From a virus: a stretch of DNA of 64,000 nt. The notes under the pieces were generated by a model. The model was not told the origin of the DNA. It saw nothing but the letters and a program-made list of their open reading frames with translations, and ran no database searches. Numbering within the stretch: the first letter of the stretch is position 1; each line of letters opens with the position of its first letter. The position numbers and the translations under genes were made by a program. Location of the stretch: IMG/VR virus record IMGVR_UViG_3300046472_000374. One strand, written 5' to 3'. This document shows positions 26,305 to 36,256 of the stretch, in pieces.

Positions 26305-27414
26305 CTAGACCAGCGGCAATGACCCGTCCCACGGGACTGTGACCGTGTTGGCGACGAGTCTGTCTCTGTTTGAATTGACAGACATCGAGGTCCCGGTCGT
26401 CTTGATGCTCGAGGTGTACCGCAAGAGGCTGCTCAGTCCCTTGTATCCGCCGAATCCCCCGACACTTGCCCCGCGGGCCATAATCACGGGAAGCAAGTCG
26501 TCTTCGTTCGAATTTATGTTGGCGCCGGTCTGCTGGGGATACGAGTTGGGAAATCCGTTGTTGCTGTTTCCTCGGGTATAGTAGACTCCCGCCAGACCCG
26601 TGAACTGTGCGCCCTGCAGGTGGAGCCTGAACCAGCACTGCGCTACACCATTAGCATTGGCGGCCCTGCCGAAAAACTGCTGGGCAGTGTAAGGATTCAG
26701 GACCGAGTTGTTGATGGCCGTGCTCATCCGGCGAAAGACGAAAGGATCGATATCTCCAGCGGGAGCGCTGCCGGAAATCATCGGATCCATCATGTGCTCG
26801 GTCTCAGTACCTGCCGAGGCTCCTGCGGTCCACGTAATCAGGTAGAATCCGTAGGGATACGAGTTCGAACCACTGACAAAGAACCCGTCATCCGCCATGA
26901 CGTTCAAACGAGAACCGCCGTTCGTGCCGGCTCCGAAAACCTGGTCGAACGTCGGAGAAGCGTCGGAACCACCACCGGCGATGTAAGCCTCGTCTCCGAT
27001 TCCCGCATTGATGACGGGGGTGTTCGTCGCGGTTCCGGCCACAGACGGGGCCGTGTAACCACCGCTGAACGAGTACTTGATACGCCATTGCTGGTTGTTG
27101 ACGGCGCTACGTTGCCAGACGAGCTGCCTGGTCCCGGCGTAGTTTCCTCCGACCGTCAGGGCACCGCTCGAAGGCGGCTGCTGCATGACCATCCAGGCAC
27201 GAGTGTTGTCGACCCCGTTGGTGCCGCCGCCGGCAGTCGTGAATCCGATGGCTCCCGAAGAATACGGGTATGCATTCGCGATCGGGGTGTTGTGCGGGGT
27301 GGTTCCGTCCGACCAAGCGATCGTCTGCCAACCCGCGCTGGCAAGGGTCTGCCAGAACCGGAACATGCAGTCTGCCCAGCTGCTAGGAGTCGAATTTGTA
27401 TTGAAATGCTGCAT
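26305..27414 (-). CDS. Putative virion appendage protein, paralog 2 of 3
   Basis: Same conserved blocks; SD-like GGGAGA/AGGAGA between copies. Confidence 0.6.
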   Translation of the reverse strand: MQHFNTNSTPSSWADCMFRFWQTLASAGWQTIAWSDGTTPHNTPIANAYPYSSGAIGFTTAGGGTNGVDNTRAWMVMQQPPSSGALTVGGNYAGTRQLVWQRSAVNNQQWRIKYSFSGGYTAPSVAGTATNTPVINAGIGDEAYIAGGGSDASPTFDQVFGAGTNGGSRLNVMADDGFFVSGSNSYPYGFYLITWTAGASAGTETEHMMDPMISGSAPAGDIDPFVFRRMSTAINNSVLNPYTAQQFFGRAANANGVAQCWFRLHLQGAQFTGLAGVYYTRGNSNNGFPNSYPQQTGANINSNEDDLLPVIMARGASVGGFGGYKGLSSLLRYTSSIKTTGTSMSVNSNRDRLVANTVTVPWDGSLPLV

Positions 27415-27423
27415 GGTCTCTCC

Positions 27424-28605
27424 CTAGAGCGTCGGAACCGAAGCATCCCACGGGACGCTGACGGATCCAAAGATGATTCGGTCTCTGACCGTCGCCTGCG
27501 CCTGGGTGTCTCCCGTCGCACGCACCGCCGAGTTCCACTTCATCATCGAACCGACACCCTTGTATCCTCCGGGTCCCGAGCCGAACGCGGGAGGACGTCC
27601 GTAGGCCATGGGGAACAGGTCGTCATCCGAGTTGACTGGGTTCGTCGACATGGGGTTTCCAGTGACCGAGCTTCCGGGGACAGACACGGTAGCCCCCAGA
27701 CCGCTATTCCAGTATATGAAAATCTGCGGCATCAGCTTCTGCACTGCTGCCGACGACTGTCCGTACTTGTACCAGGCGAATGCACCAGTGACGTTGTTGT
27801 TACCTCCCGTGATCCATGCACAGCCTGGGTTACTGGTCGAAAGAAAGAGCGAACCGTTGAGGGTTCCAGGGCTGACAGAGCTGCAACCAACAACGAAGGG
27901 ATCGATTTCTCCGGGAGCAGTCGAACCAGCTGTCATCGGTTCGAAGATGAACGCCATCGATGGGGGGAAACCCGCGCCGGCGTTCCAGGCGACAGCATAG
28001 ATCGCGAACGGACTGGTCTCGAATGCCAGACCGTCGTTGGCCATGACGTTGAATCGACTGGTACCACGTTGGGGAGCGCCAGCACCGAACAATGTCTGAA
28101 AAGTCGGGGCAGCATCCGAACCGCCGCCGCAGATGGTCGCGTCGTCCTGGACCACGCTCGCAAAAAGACTCGGGGTGTGAGTCGCGTCGCTCGCGAACTG
28201 GTACTGAGAAACGTGGCTGACTCCAGCGAGCGGACCGACCGAGTACTTGATCCTCCAGAGGGTGTCGTTCGTGCCGCGCTGGAAGACGAGCATGCGGTTT
28301 CCAGCATATGCTCCGACAGAACCCGTCCCCTTCGGCTGGCGCATGACCCACCAGCTGTTGTTGTTGTCCATCCCGTTGGCACCGGTGTTTCCGGTGTTCG
28401 AGAAGGTTCCGGTCAGCGGGAAGACAGGATCGGGAGATCCTGGACCGGCCTGATACGGTCCGGGGATCGTCCCGGTGTTGTGGACAGTGGTCCCGTCCGA
28501 CCAGGCCATGATGCTCCAGCCCGCGGCAGACATCACGTTCAGCAGATTGTACATGCAGAACGCGTACGTCGACGGAGTCTGGTTTGTGATGAACTGGTTA
28601 GCCAT
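27424..28605 (-). CDS. Putative virion appendage protein, paralog 1 of 3
   Basis: Same conserved blocks; CTATTTAG at 28634-28640 upstream. Confidence 0.6.
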   Translation of the reverse strand: MANQFITNQTPSTYAFCMYNLLNVMSAAGWSIMAWSDGTTVHNTGTIPGPYQAGPGSPDPVFPLTGTFSNTGNTGANGMDNNNSWWVMRQPKGTGSVGAYAGNRMLVFQRGTNDTLWRIKYSVGPLAGVSHVSQYQFASDATHTPSLFASVVQDDATICGGGSDAAPTFQTLFGAGAPQRGTSRFNVMANDGLAFETSPFAIYAVAWNAGAGFPPSMAFIFEPMTAGSTAPGEIDPFVVGCSSVSPGTLNGSLFLSTSNPGCAWITGGNNNVTGAFAWYKYGQSSAAVQKLMPQIFIYWNSGLGATVSVPGSSVTGNPMSTNPVNSDDDLFPMAYGRPPAFGSGPGGYKGVGSMMKWNSAVRATGDTQAQATVRDRIIFGSVSVPWDASVPTL

Positions 28606-28656
28606 TCTTTCTAAGTTCCCTTGACCTCAGGTCTAAATAGATACCGAGACCGCTTT

Positions 28657-29649
28657 TCAGACGGTGAAGAGGAACACCGACCCCGTATTAGCATTCGAGC
28701 CGACACCGCCACCGCCGTTCGAAGGTCCTCCGAGTCCGGCATTGGCCTGATAGACCAACGATCCCGTGGTTCTGGATGACACGACAATGACGACTCCGCC
28801 GCCTCCACCTCCGCCACCGCCGGTAACGCCGCCGGCCTGACCGGCTCCCCCGTTTCCACCGTTCGCCTGGAAGGTCCCGGTCACGTGGATTTCGTAGGCG
28901 TTCGGGTACGGGATCTGGAGCGGAGCGATCGGACCGACGCTCTGGCTGACGAAGATGCCCGTGTTCCAGACGAAAGAACCCGTCGGGACCATCAGGATAG
29001 AACCAGACGGGACGGCCGAGATGATCTCTCGAACGGCCACCATCAGGGTCCCTCCGGCGCCGCCGCCACCCCCTCCGACCTGAACCGCGCCGGCTCCTCC
29101 ACCTGCTCCACCACCGGCACCGCCAGCGATCCCGTAGGCTCCCGCCTGACCGAACATGTAGCCCGTCAGAGCGGAGAAGAAGTTGTGGTTAGATCCAGAA
29201 GTGGGCTGGACCGGGGCAGCGATCCCGGCCGCGCCGGCCGTGGTGCCACCGCCTGCTCCACCTTGTCCACCGGTCCCTCCGAAGGACGCGGAGAGCGTGG
29301 ATGGGGGGAAACCAGGTTGGCCGTTGCCGACGCTACCGGTGCCCCCGTTGCCTCCAGCGGGGAGCGATCCCAGGCCAGGAGCCACGCCGGCAGCCGGAGT
29401 CGCCCCGGGAGTCCCTGAGCAGTCCAGCGTCCCCGAGGTGATGAAGTACATTCTCGTAGACACGAACAGCTTGAACGAGTTCAGGAAGATCTGCGGGAGC
29501 TGAGCCACGCCGCCGACCACCGAAGAGCTCATCCAGACGTTGTTGTAGTAGGTGTCCCGGTGGAGGACGAGCGTCCCCGTGACGACGATGTCGCCGTCCG
29601 TTCCGTCACCGTAGAATGCGTCGATTACGCCTGGTCCGCGAAGTCCCAT
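28657..29649 (-). CDS. Glycine-rich putative fibre protein (paralog B)
   Basis: IDAFYGDGTDGDI N-terminus, poly-Gly blocks GGGGGAGG, C-terminal GSVFLF. Confidence 0.6.
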   Translation of the reverse strand: MGLRGPGVIDAFYGDGTDGDIVVTGTLVLHRDTYYNNVWMSSSVVGGVAQLPQIFLNSFKLFVSTRMYFITSGTLDCSGTPGATPAAGVAPGLGSLPAGGNGGTGSVGNGQPGFPPSTLSASFGGTGGQGGAGGGTTAGAAGIAAPVQPTSGSNHNFFSALTGYMFGQAGAYGIAGGAGGGAGGGAGAVQVGGGGGGAGGTLMVAVREIISAVPSGSILMVPTGSFVWNTGIFVSQSVGPIAPLQIPYPNAYEIHVTGTFQANGGNGGAGQAGGVTGGGGGGGGGVVIVVSSRTTGSLVYQANAGLGGPSNGGGGVGSNANTGSVFLFTV

Positions 29650-29652
29650 GTT

Positions 29653-30657
29653 TTAGATCCTATACGTGAAGAAGGAACCGGCTGAGCCCGAGTTCGGTGG
29701 TGTCACCGATCCCGAGAAACCGATCCCGGGCGCCCCGCCCGAAATGTCTATCTGGTCCTTCAGGCTGTTCCGGAGGAGGAGCGACGAGTAGACCAACATG
29801 GCAAACCCGCCACCGCCGCCGCCACCGCCTGCTCCACGCGAGAAGCTGTTTCCTCCGCTGCCGCCCCTGGCCGTCACCTTCCCCAGGAAGATGAGATCAC
29901 GAGCCGCGATGTAGACCACTCCACCACCGCCACCGCCCCAGCCTGAACGCGGACGGACACCGATCGATCCAGAATTTCCACACGCTCCGGCGCCGCCACC
30001 GCCGCCACCCGCAAACGGGACAAACGAACCGGTCGCCCCCGAAGGGAGTCCCATGTTCCCACAGGTCATGGAGGCGAAGAAGTCATGGAGGCCGCTGAGC
30101 GTCGCAGTCTGGACAGAACCAGAAGAACCGGTCGCGCCCGTGTAGGTCGTCAGAGCTCCTGAAAGGAAGGCCTGTGCGTCGCCTCCACGTCCACCCGCTC
30201 CACCAAGGAAGTAGAACGGGTTGGTCGGCTGATCGACCGCCGGGACCAGCGTGCCCACCGCTCCACCATCGTGCAGCAGAGATCCGGACGGGAAGCCGCC
30301 GTTGTACATGCCAGCTCCACCACGCCCACCTCCGCCGGTCGATCCCAGGGGACCTCCAGGGGTACCCGCGGGAACGGAGGAGCTGACTTCAGCGGTCGAA
30401 CCGTTGGAGTTGCGGGCGTTGGAACCGTCGTTGGAGACGGTGGCCAGCGAGAACTGGTCTCCCAGGATGAAACACTGGCGACGGCACCTGATCTTGAAAC
30501 CGTTGGAAAAGATACGGACACCCTTGCCGATGGTCAGGATGTCGTAATTGACGTCTCGGATGAGGACCGTGTCGGAAGTCAGAGACACGACGCCGTCCGT
30601 ACCGTCTCCGTAGACGGCATCGAACATTCCGGTGTTGTTTCCGCGGAAGGCCGGCAC
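29653..30657 (-). CDS. Glycine-rich putative fibre protein (paralog A)
   Basis: FDAVYGDGTDGVV N-terminus, poly-Gly blocks, C-terminal GSFFTY; GTG start. Confidence 0.6.
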   Translation of the reverse strand: MPAFRGNNTGMFDAVYGDGTDGVVSLTSDTVLIRDVNYDILTIGKGVRIFSNGFKIRCRRQCFILGDQFSLATVSNDGSNARNSNGSTAEVSSSVPAGTPGGPLGSTGGGGRGGAGMYNGGFPSGSLLHDGGAVGTLVPAVDQPTNPFYFLGGAGGRGGDAQAFLSGALTTYTGATGSSGSVQTATLSGLHDFFASMTCGNMGLPSGATGSFVPFAGGGGGGAGACGNSGSIGVRPRSGWGGGGGGVVYIAARDLIFLGKVTARGGSGGNSFSRGAGGGGGGGGFAMLVYSSLLLRNSLKDQIDISGGAPGIGFSGSVTPPNSGSAGSFFTYRI

Positions 30658-30658
30658 C

Positions 30659-31090
30659 TTAGGTCACCTTGAAGCTGTGCGTGTAGACAGGATCATGACC
30701 GGTGGCGTCGATGCGCAGGCAGAAGTTTCCTGTCCCGCGCACGTAGAGCCCGTCGATCTGGGTCTGTCCGTTGATCAGCTTCCTCTTGGGGTTTCCCATC
30801 ATCATGGGCAGCGGCGCGTTCCGCAAATCTTCGTGGCAGAGGGTGACGGTCAGGTCGTCGTCCGCGTCCACCACGGCGTCGAAGAGCCCGCGCTTCACCA
30901 CGTAGAGGGTGGTGATGGGGCTCATGTGCTGGATGTTGAGCGGCTGGTTCTCGAGGTGCACCCATTCCCGCTCGACGCCCATGGCGTCCATCCAGCAGTC
31001 GACACAACCGTGGGCGCGAGGTCCGGGCTCCTGTCCGTCCAGGGCCTCCCCGAGCTTCGTTCCACAGTCAGTGCAGGTGACGTCCACCAT
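30659..31090 (-). CDS. Hypothetical protein with two CxxC motifs
   Basis: CTDC and CVDC; fills the gap exactly between coupled genes. Confidence 0.5.
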   Translation of the reverse strand: MVDVTCTDCGTKLGEALDGQEPGPRAHGCVDCWMDAMGVEREWVHLENQPLNIQHMSPITTLYVVKRGLFDAVVDADDDLTVTLCHEDLRNAPLPMMMGNPKRKLINGQTQIDGLYVRGTGNFCLRIDATGHDPVYTHSFKVT

Positions 31091-31091
31091 G

Positions 31092-31649
31092 TTAGATCGC
31101 CGGGCTCTCCGCGATGATCGTTTCCGTACCGTCGATGGACCACCTGATGACGAGCTGCGAGCGGTTCACGGCGGGAGATTGCCCCGTTGGCTGTCCGTTG
31201 TTCTTCAGATAGACGATCGCTCCGCCGGACGAGCCGAACGGGAATCCCGGCGTGGTGCTGGGGTTCGATCCGGTCGGCAACACGATCTCGGAGTACTGCT
31301 GGTAGAGGACGTTCGCGGCGGCGGCGGCGATGACGAAGTCACCCGGCGTCGCCCCGCCGAAGGTGCCCTTGTGCTGGATGATGGCGCCGTCCTGGCGGAG
31401 GAAAATGAAGTCCTTCGTGATGTCCGCGCCCGTGGGAAGAGATCCCGAGGGAAGCCGGGTGCCAAACCCGAAGAAGTTTCCTGACGTGATCGCGAAGCGG
31501 ATGTCGGTGAGCGCCTGGCTCACGACGTTGTAGTCCACCGCATCTACGAACTTGGTCGGATCTCCGCCCACAGGGATGGGCGTCCCGTCTGTCTTCGGGA
31601 AGTTCAGCGACCCCGAGTTGGTTGTTCCGTCGTAGACCCAGTTGCTCAT
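31092..31649 (-). CDS. Putative fibre/appendage protein
   Basis: FPKTDG...VDAVDYN.....L.DI resembles fibre N-terminal attachment segments; CTAGTTATA motif upstream. Confidence 0.45.
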   Translation of the reverse strand: MSNWVYDGTTNSGSLNFPKTDGTPIPVGGDPTKFVDAVDYNVVSQALTDIRFAITSGNFFGFGTRLPSGSLPTGADITKDFIFLRQDGAIIQHKGTFGGATPGDFVIAAAAANVLYQQYSEIVLPTGSNPSTTPGFPFGSSGGAIVYLKNNGQPTGQSPAVNRSQLVIRWSIDGTETIIAESPAI

Positions 31650-31672
31650 CTTCTAGATTCTCCGTCTTATAA

Positions 31673-34600
31673 CTAGGTGCGCACGTAGACTGTGATCACG
31701 CCTTCCGGGATGAAGGGCACGGTCTGACGTCTATAATTCCACTGGAGCTTCGGCCTCTCCAGCATGTGGCTCTCCACCACGAACTCGTCTCCAAGGAAGA
31801 TCGAGCGGGCCGGCAGAAGACGCTGCACCATCGTGATGAAGCTTCTGTCGAAGAACTCCAGCATGTCCGCGAAGACCCTGAAGTTCAGCCGTCCCTGGAG
31901 CCGCTTGAAGTACTGCCGGCGGATGACCTCTATGTCTTGGTACGTCGCCCGGTAACGATTGGCCGGCAAGCCAATGGCATTGTTGAAGTTGTCCATGGTC
32001 GAGATCGCCTGGGAGATGTCCTCGTTCAGGGCGTCAATCATGTTGAACTCCAGGGCCAGCGCCTGGTTGTCGTAGGTCACGTCTGCCGGCTTCACTTCCG
32101 AGCTCTGCAGGATGCGGATCTTGTCCTCGTTCCAGCTGAAGTCGGGGGAGGCGATGTAGTTGTAATCCAAGAGGAACTTCTCGAATGGGGCACGGAGGGG
32201 AGAGAAGCCGGCTCCCGAACCTGTGATGCCGTTCTGCGAGATGTCCTGGAAGATGTTCTGGCCCGAGATCGTTCCCCCGATCGAGGCGCTGGCGTTGTCG
32301 TTCAGGCGCCAGTGGAGGGCCAATGCCCCCATGTCGTTGGGGTAGTCGACTCCGTAGCTCTGGAAGTTCAGGGTGTGATCGAAGATCTCCGTCTTCGTCA
32401 GGTCCTTGTTCCAGACACGGGCTTCCTGCATCCACCCCTGGGCCTTGAGATTGTTGGCGGCTCCGACCACGAGCTGCCAGATGGAGCTTCCTGAAGACTC
32501 CGGCGCCGACAGGGTGGCCGACAGGTTGACGTCGACCTCGTCGTAGTTCAGGCGGTGAAGGCGAAGGTTCAGCGTCCCCGACAGGGAGTTCCGGTGGACC
32601 GAGACATTGTACCACTGCTCATTGAAGAGCGGGATGTTCGGGATGCTGAGTAGCCCCTCGCTTCCTGTCAGGAACAGGGAGCCTGTCTCGCTGCCCACGA
32701 ACGGCGTCGTCCAGTAGACCTGGTACGCCAGCTGCTGTGAACCAGTCGGGACGAGGATGCCACCGCTCGAAGAAAGAGCGGTCTGATAGAGAGCGAAGAG
32801 CGATCCGGTCGTGATCAGCGGGGTCAGCTCGGTGCTGGTCGACAGCGGGAAGGAGAACCTCACCTCTGCCGAGAGGGCCGAACCCGTGAACGGGACGGAG
32901 GTCACCGAACCCGTCAGCGATCCGGAGCCGTGGCTACCAGAGAAGACCATGGCATACACGCTCTTGTCGGCGTGGATGCGGCTGGTCTGGATGCCGACGT
33001 TCGGCTTGTAGCCGTACTCCTTCAGGCGAACGAAGTTCTTGTTCACGCCGTAGATGCGGAAGAACGACTCAACGCTCTCCCGTGTACCCTTGCTCTTGTA
33101 GAGGTACATCAGGTTGACGAGGGTACGCTTCCAGAACTCGTTCTTGATCTGGTAGAGCTTGACGTCCAGCTCCTTGTTCGCGTCCTGGTTCGCCAGGACG
33201 TTCTTGCCAAGGAGGTACTGGAACGCATCCGCGCTGAGGAAGTTCCCGGTGAACTCCCAGCCGAAGAACTTGGCGATGTCGGCGAGCAGAGCGTCCGGGG
33301 TCTGGTTGAACTGGGTGTAGTTCGCCCGGAGGACCTTCGTGAACTGGTCGATCTTCACCTTGATCTGGTCGAAGTTGCGAGCCAGGATGTAGAGGAAGTT
33401 CTGGAGGACCTGCGTGTTCTCCAGGTTCTCGAGGTTCAGGAAGTTCTCGGGGACGAGCCGAGTGATGATGTTGTCACTGACCCGGTCAAACGCGCTTCCC
33501 GAAGCCTGCTGGGTGGTGATGAGGGTCTGCACCTCGGGCGAATTGAAGTACGACGAGAGCATGAGGCTCGGCTGAGCGTAGGGGATCAAGGATCCGGACC
33601 CGCGCAAGCCGGTCCAGTAGTTCATGATGCGTCCATTGATCCGGTGACCCGAGAAGTCGAGCACCAGCGGGTCGTTCCCGTCGTCCGGGTTGATGGACCC
33701 CGACTCGTTGAAGTGCCAGCAACCCATCAGGTTGTTCTGGGCATGGGCCTGGATGTTGTACGTGCCGGTGAAATCCGCCAGCTGCAAGGCCGAACGCCAC
33801 ACCCTCACCTCATCGAGGGCACCGGAGATGAGTGCCGTCACCTTCCCGGATAGGGTACCACTGCCAATATAGGCCTGGGCATTGGCGATGTTTATGGGGC
33901 CTCCGATGAGGCTGGAGGCGGAGGCGATCGCGGTCGGGAAGATGTTCGCCGAACCGGTGTAGGCCACGAGGACCGGGAAATTCGTGTTGGTCCGGTCATA
34001 GACGAAGGCGTAGTAGGTCGTCTGTCCGTCCGTCCTCGGGGCGGAGACCTCGGAGGTCACGGAGCCCGAGACCATCCGGAAGGTCATGTTGCTGCCCGAG
34101 GCGTAGACGGTGTAGCCGTCTCCCGTGGCGCCCACCTTCTGGATGACGACCATCGCGGCCGAGTTCGTGAAGGCGCCCGAAAGGTTGCACCAGAACTCCA
34201 CCGCCAATGAACCCGTTCCCGGGCTCAGGATGCCGGCCTGCTGGGTGGTTCCCGCCCGTGTGTCTCCGTAGATCTGACCGAGGTCGACGATGGAGATGAA
34301 GGAGGAGGAGATCGCGGAATTGAACCTGAGGTGCCCGGTGTTCTTCGGCCAGACGCTGGAGAGGTACCTCTGGTACGGGTCCAGGTCGAACGTGAACGTG
34401 TCGATGACGTCGATGCTGGCGTCGTAGGGGTACTCGTTCAGGATCTTCTCGGCGGTGAGGTTGAAGTAGTCGAGGGCCGAATTGAAGAAGACGAAGTTCT
34501 TGAAATCGGAGTAGTCGATCTTGGACTCTGCCACCTGAAACTGGCGGAGCTTGCCGATGATGTAGTTCTGCTCTTCCGGCTTGACCGAGATGGTCGCAAG

Positions 34601-34678
34601 GCTCTGCGCAGTACCGGCGACGACCTCGCCGGGCTTCTTCATCTGGTCATCGAAAAGTGAGAAGAGCTTGCTAGCCAT
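31673..34678 (-). CDS. Baseplate wedge protein (P2 gpI/T4 gp7-like) with two LamG domains
   Basis: LLADIAKFFGWE...YLYKSKGTRESVESFFRIYG gpI-type motif; two LamG units (LDEVRVW; MQEARVW); 17 [ST]GS. Confidence 0.7.
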   Translation of the reverse strand: MASKLFSLFDDQMKKPGEVVAGTAQSLATISVKPEEQNYIIGKLRQFQVAESKIDYSDFKNFVFFNSALDYFNLTAEKILNEYPYDASIDVIDTFTFDLDPYQRYLSSVWPKNTGHLRFNSAISSSFISIVDLGQIYGDTRAGTTQQAGILSPGTGSLAVEFWCNLSGAFTNSAAMVVIQKVGATGDGYTVYASGSNMTFRMVSGSVTSEVSAPRTDGQTTYYAFVYDRTNTNFPVLVAYTGSANIFPTAIASASSLIGGPINIANAQAYIGSGTLSGKVTALISGALDEVRVWRSALQLADFTGTYNIQAHAQNNLMGCWHFNESGSINPDDGNDPLVLDFSGHRINGRIMNYWTGLRGSGSLIPYAQPSLMLSSYFNSPEVQTLITTQQASGSAFDRVSDNIITRLVPENFLNLENLENTQVLQNFLYILARNFDQIKVKIDQFTKVLRANYTQFNQTPDALLADIAKFFGWEFTGNFLSADAFQYLLGKNVLANQDANKELDVKLYQIKNEFWKRTLVNLMYLYKSKGTRESVESFFRIYGVNKNFVRLKEYGYKPNVGIQTSRIHADKSVYAMVFSGSHGSGSLTGSVTSVPFTGSALSAEVRFSFPLSTSTELTPLITTGSLFALYQTALSSSGGILVPTGSQQLAYQVYWTTPFVGSETGSLFLTGSEGLLSIPNIPLFNEQWYNVSVHRNSLSGTLNLRLHRLNYDEVDVNLSATLSAPESSGSSIWQLVVGAANNLKAQGWMQEARVWNKDLTKTEIFDHTLNFQSYGVDYPNDMGALALHWRLNDNASASIGGTISGQNIFQDISQNGITGSGAGFSPLRAPFEKFLLDYNYIASPDFSWNEDKIRILQSSEVKPADVTYDNQALALEFNMIDALNEDISQAISTMDNFNNAIGLPANRYRATYQDIEVIRRQYFKRLQGRLNFRVFADMLEFFDRSFITMVQRLLPARSIFLGDEFVVESHMLERPKLQWNYRRQTVPFIPEGVITVYVRT

Positions 34679-34853
34679 TCATCTCCGCGTCGCAGAATCG
34701 GACGTACTCTTCTGCAAGAGCCTCGTACGTTTCATCGTCCCCGTCCTGTGCCAGACGGACGAGCGCTTCCTCGTACTTCTTGCGGGTCGAGAACCTGAAC
34801 TCCGGTGTCTTTTGGTCCTGGTCTTCCATCTCTAGAGCTTGCATTGTCCTCAC
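34671..34853 (-). CDS. Small acidic hypothetical protein
   Basis: 60-aa ORF overlapping both neighbours by a few bases. Confidence 0.4.
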   Translation of the reverse strand: MRTMQALEMEDQDQKTPEFRFSTRKKYEEALVRLAQDGDDETYEALAEEYVRFCDAEMNG

Positions 34854-36256
34854 GTTATCCTGAACTTGAATCCCCGGTCGATGATCTGCTTCCGACCGTC
34901 TTGATCAAATAGGAAGACAACGCGATAGACCTGCCCCGGTGCGAGGCAACTCATGAAGAACGAGAAGTAGTTTCCGTTCCCATCGTAGCTGAGACGGGTC
35001 CAGTCGGTCCCGCCCTGGTACGATCCCGTGCCGAAAGGCACGACCTGCTCCTTCGTCCGATCGTTGTCGATCCTGTAGTAGCCGCGGTTGATGATGGTCC
35101 CCACCGGCGAGACCGACCCGGTATTCACGACGGCCGGGTTGTAGTCGAACGGACGGACGAAGACCCGCAGCTCGGGATCTTCATCGACCGAGTACTCATT
35201 CTTGAGGTTCGGCATGTCCACTTCGAACCGGCCCGTAGACAACGTGGGCTGGGCGAAGTTGTCTGTCGGCATGAAGTTGCCGGTCATGTAGGCCCGGTTG
35301 CCGAGGAACCAGATGTCCGAGAACACCGATCCCGAGTAGGAGCCGGTCGGCAGCAACATGCTGCAGCTGTAGATTCCAGGCTGACCGGTCCAGCTTGCGG
35401 AAGCGACCAACAACGTCCCGCTCAGATCCTCGATGCGGACGGTCAGGCAGTCCGGACCGGACGTGATCCCCGGGATGTTGACCGGCTGGCCGCGCACCTC
35501 GTTGTAGAGGTAGAGCGTGCCGGAGTTGTCGAACACGAAGTTCGAACGGTCGTCCCTGATGGAGTCGTCCCAACGCGCCTCGAGGTACGGGCGACGGTCC
35601 AGGAAGTTGGTGGACCGACCGTGGAACTTCTTGACGAAGTAGTCAAACGGGTCTACCTCCTGCGAGGATGACACACGAAGCAGGAACCCGTTGTTCCCAT
35701 TGGTCGGATTGAGCGGAAGCGGGTTGATGCCCAACCAGCGTTCTACCTGGGTGGAGACATCCGCATCGACGTTCTCCGGTCCTTGGTCGACGTGGAAGGT
35801 GTCGATCAGTCCGGTCTCCACGTCGCCGCCGGGAGTGGTCCAGTAGGTGGTCTTCTTGGCCTGCACCCAGTTCGCCTGTCCGAGGTCGAGGAAAGTCTCC
35901 TCGTCGAAGCCCGGACCCTCGTCCCAGGCGGTCGTCACCGAGAGAATCTCGATGTCGTAGCTGGAAGGCAGGGTCTCGGCGTGGCGAGCATCCTTCAGAT
36001 TCAGCCGCCACATCGGGTGTTCCGGAGCCTGCAACGATGCGGTCAGGTCCTGGAAGGCTCCCAGGTCGAACTGCATCAGGATGTGACCGAGACTCGAGCT
36101 CCCGTTCCATCCGAGAGCGCCGGAGACTCCAGCCTTCTTGAAGAGGTCGAGGATCTCGCTGGCGCCGAAGTTGGAGCCGGTGACCGGGACAGTCGGGAAC
36201 TGGCGGACCAGGTTGGTGATCCACGTGTCCTTCTGTGGGAAGATTCTGAAGATCAT
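34850..36256 (-). CDS. Putative baseplate/virion structural protein
   Basis: Start moved to MIFRIFPQKDTWITN (TAATG overlap with upstream stop); NFGASEIL, FHGRST..RPYLEARWDD. Confidence 0.6.
   Translation of the reverse strand: MIFRIFPQKDTWITNLVRQFPTVPVTGSNFGASEILDLFKKAGVSGALGWNGSSSLGHILMQFDLGAFQDLTASLQAPEHPMWRLNLKDARHAETLPSSYDIEILSVTTAWDEGPGFDEETFLDLGQANWVQAKKTTYWTTPGGDVETGLIDTFHVDQGPENVDADVSTQVERWLGINPLPLNPTNGNNGFLLRVSSSQEVDPFDYFVKKFHGRSTNFLDRRPYLEARWDDSIRDDRSNFVFDNSGTLYLYNEVRGQPVNIPGITSGPDCLTVRIEDLSGTLLVASASWTGQPGIYSCSMLLPTGSYSGSVFSDIWFLGNRAYMTGNFMPTDNFAQPTLSTGRFEVDMPNLKNEYSVDEDPELRVFVRPFDYNPAVVNTGSVSPVGTIINRGYYRIDNDRTKEQVVPFGTGSYQGGTDWTRLSYDGNGNYFSFFMSCLAPGQVYRVVFLFDQDGRKQIIDRGFKFRIT

Noticed and set aside
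25144-28605. Diversity-generating retroelement target/template pair among the tandem paralogs
   Set aside because: No near-identical DNA repeats differing only at adenines, and no reverse transcriptase in the window.
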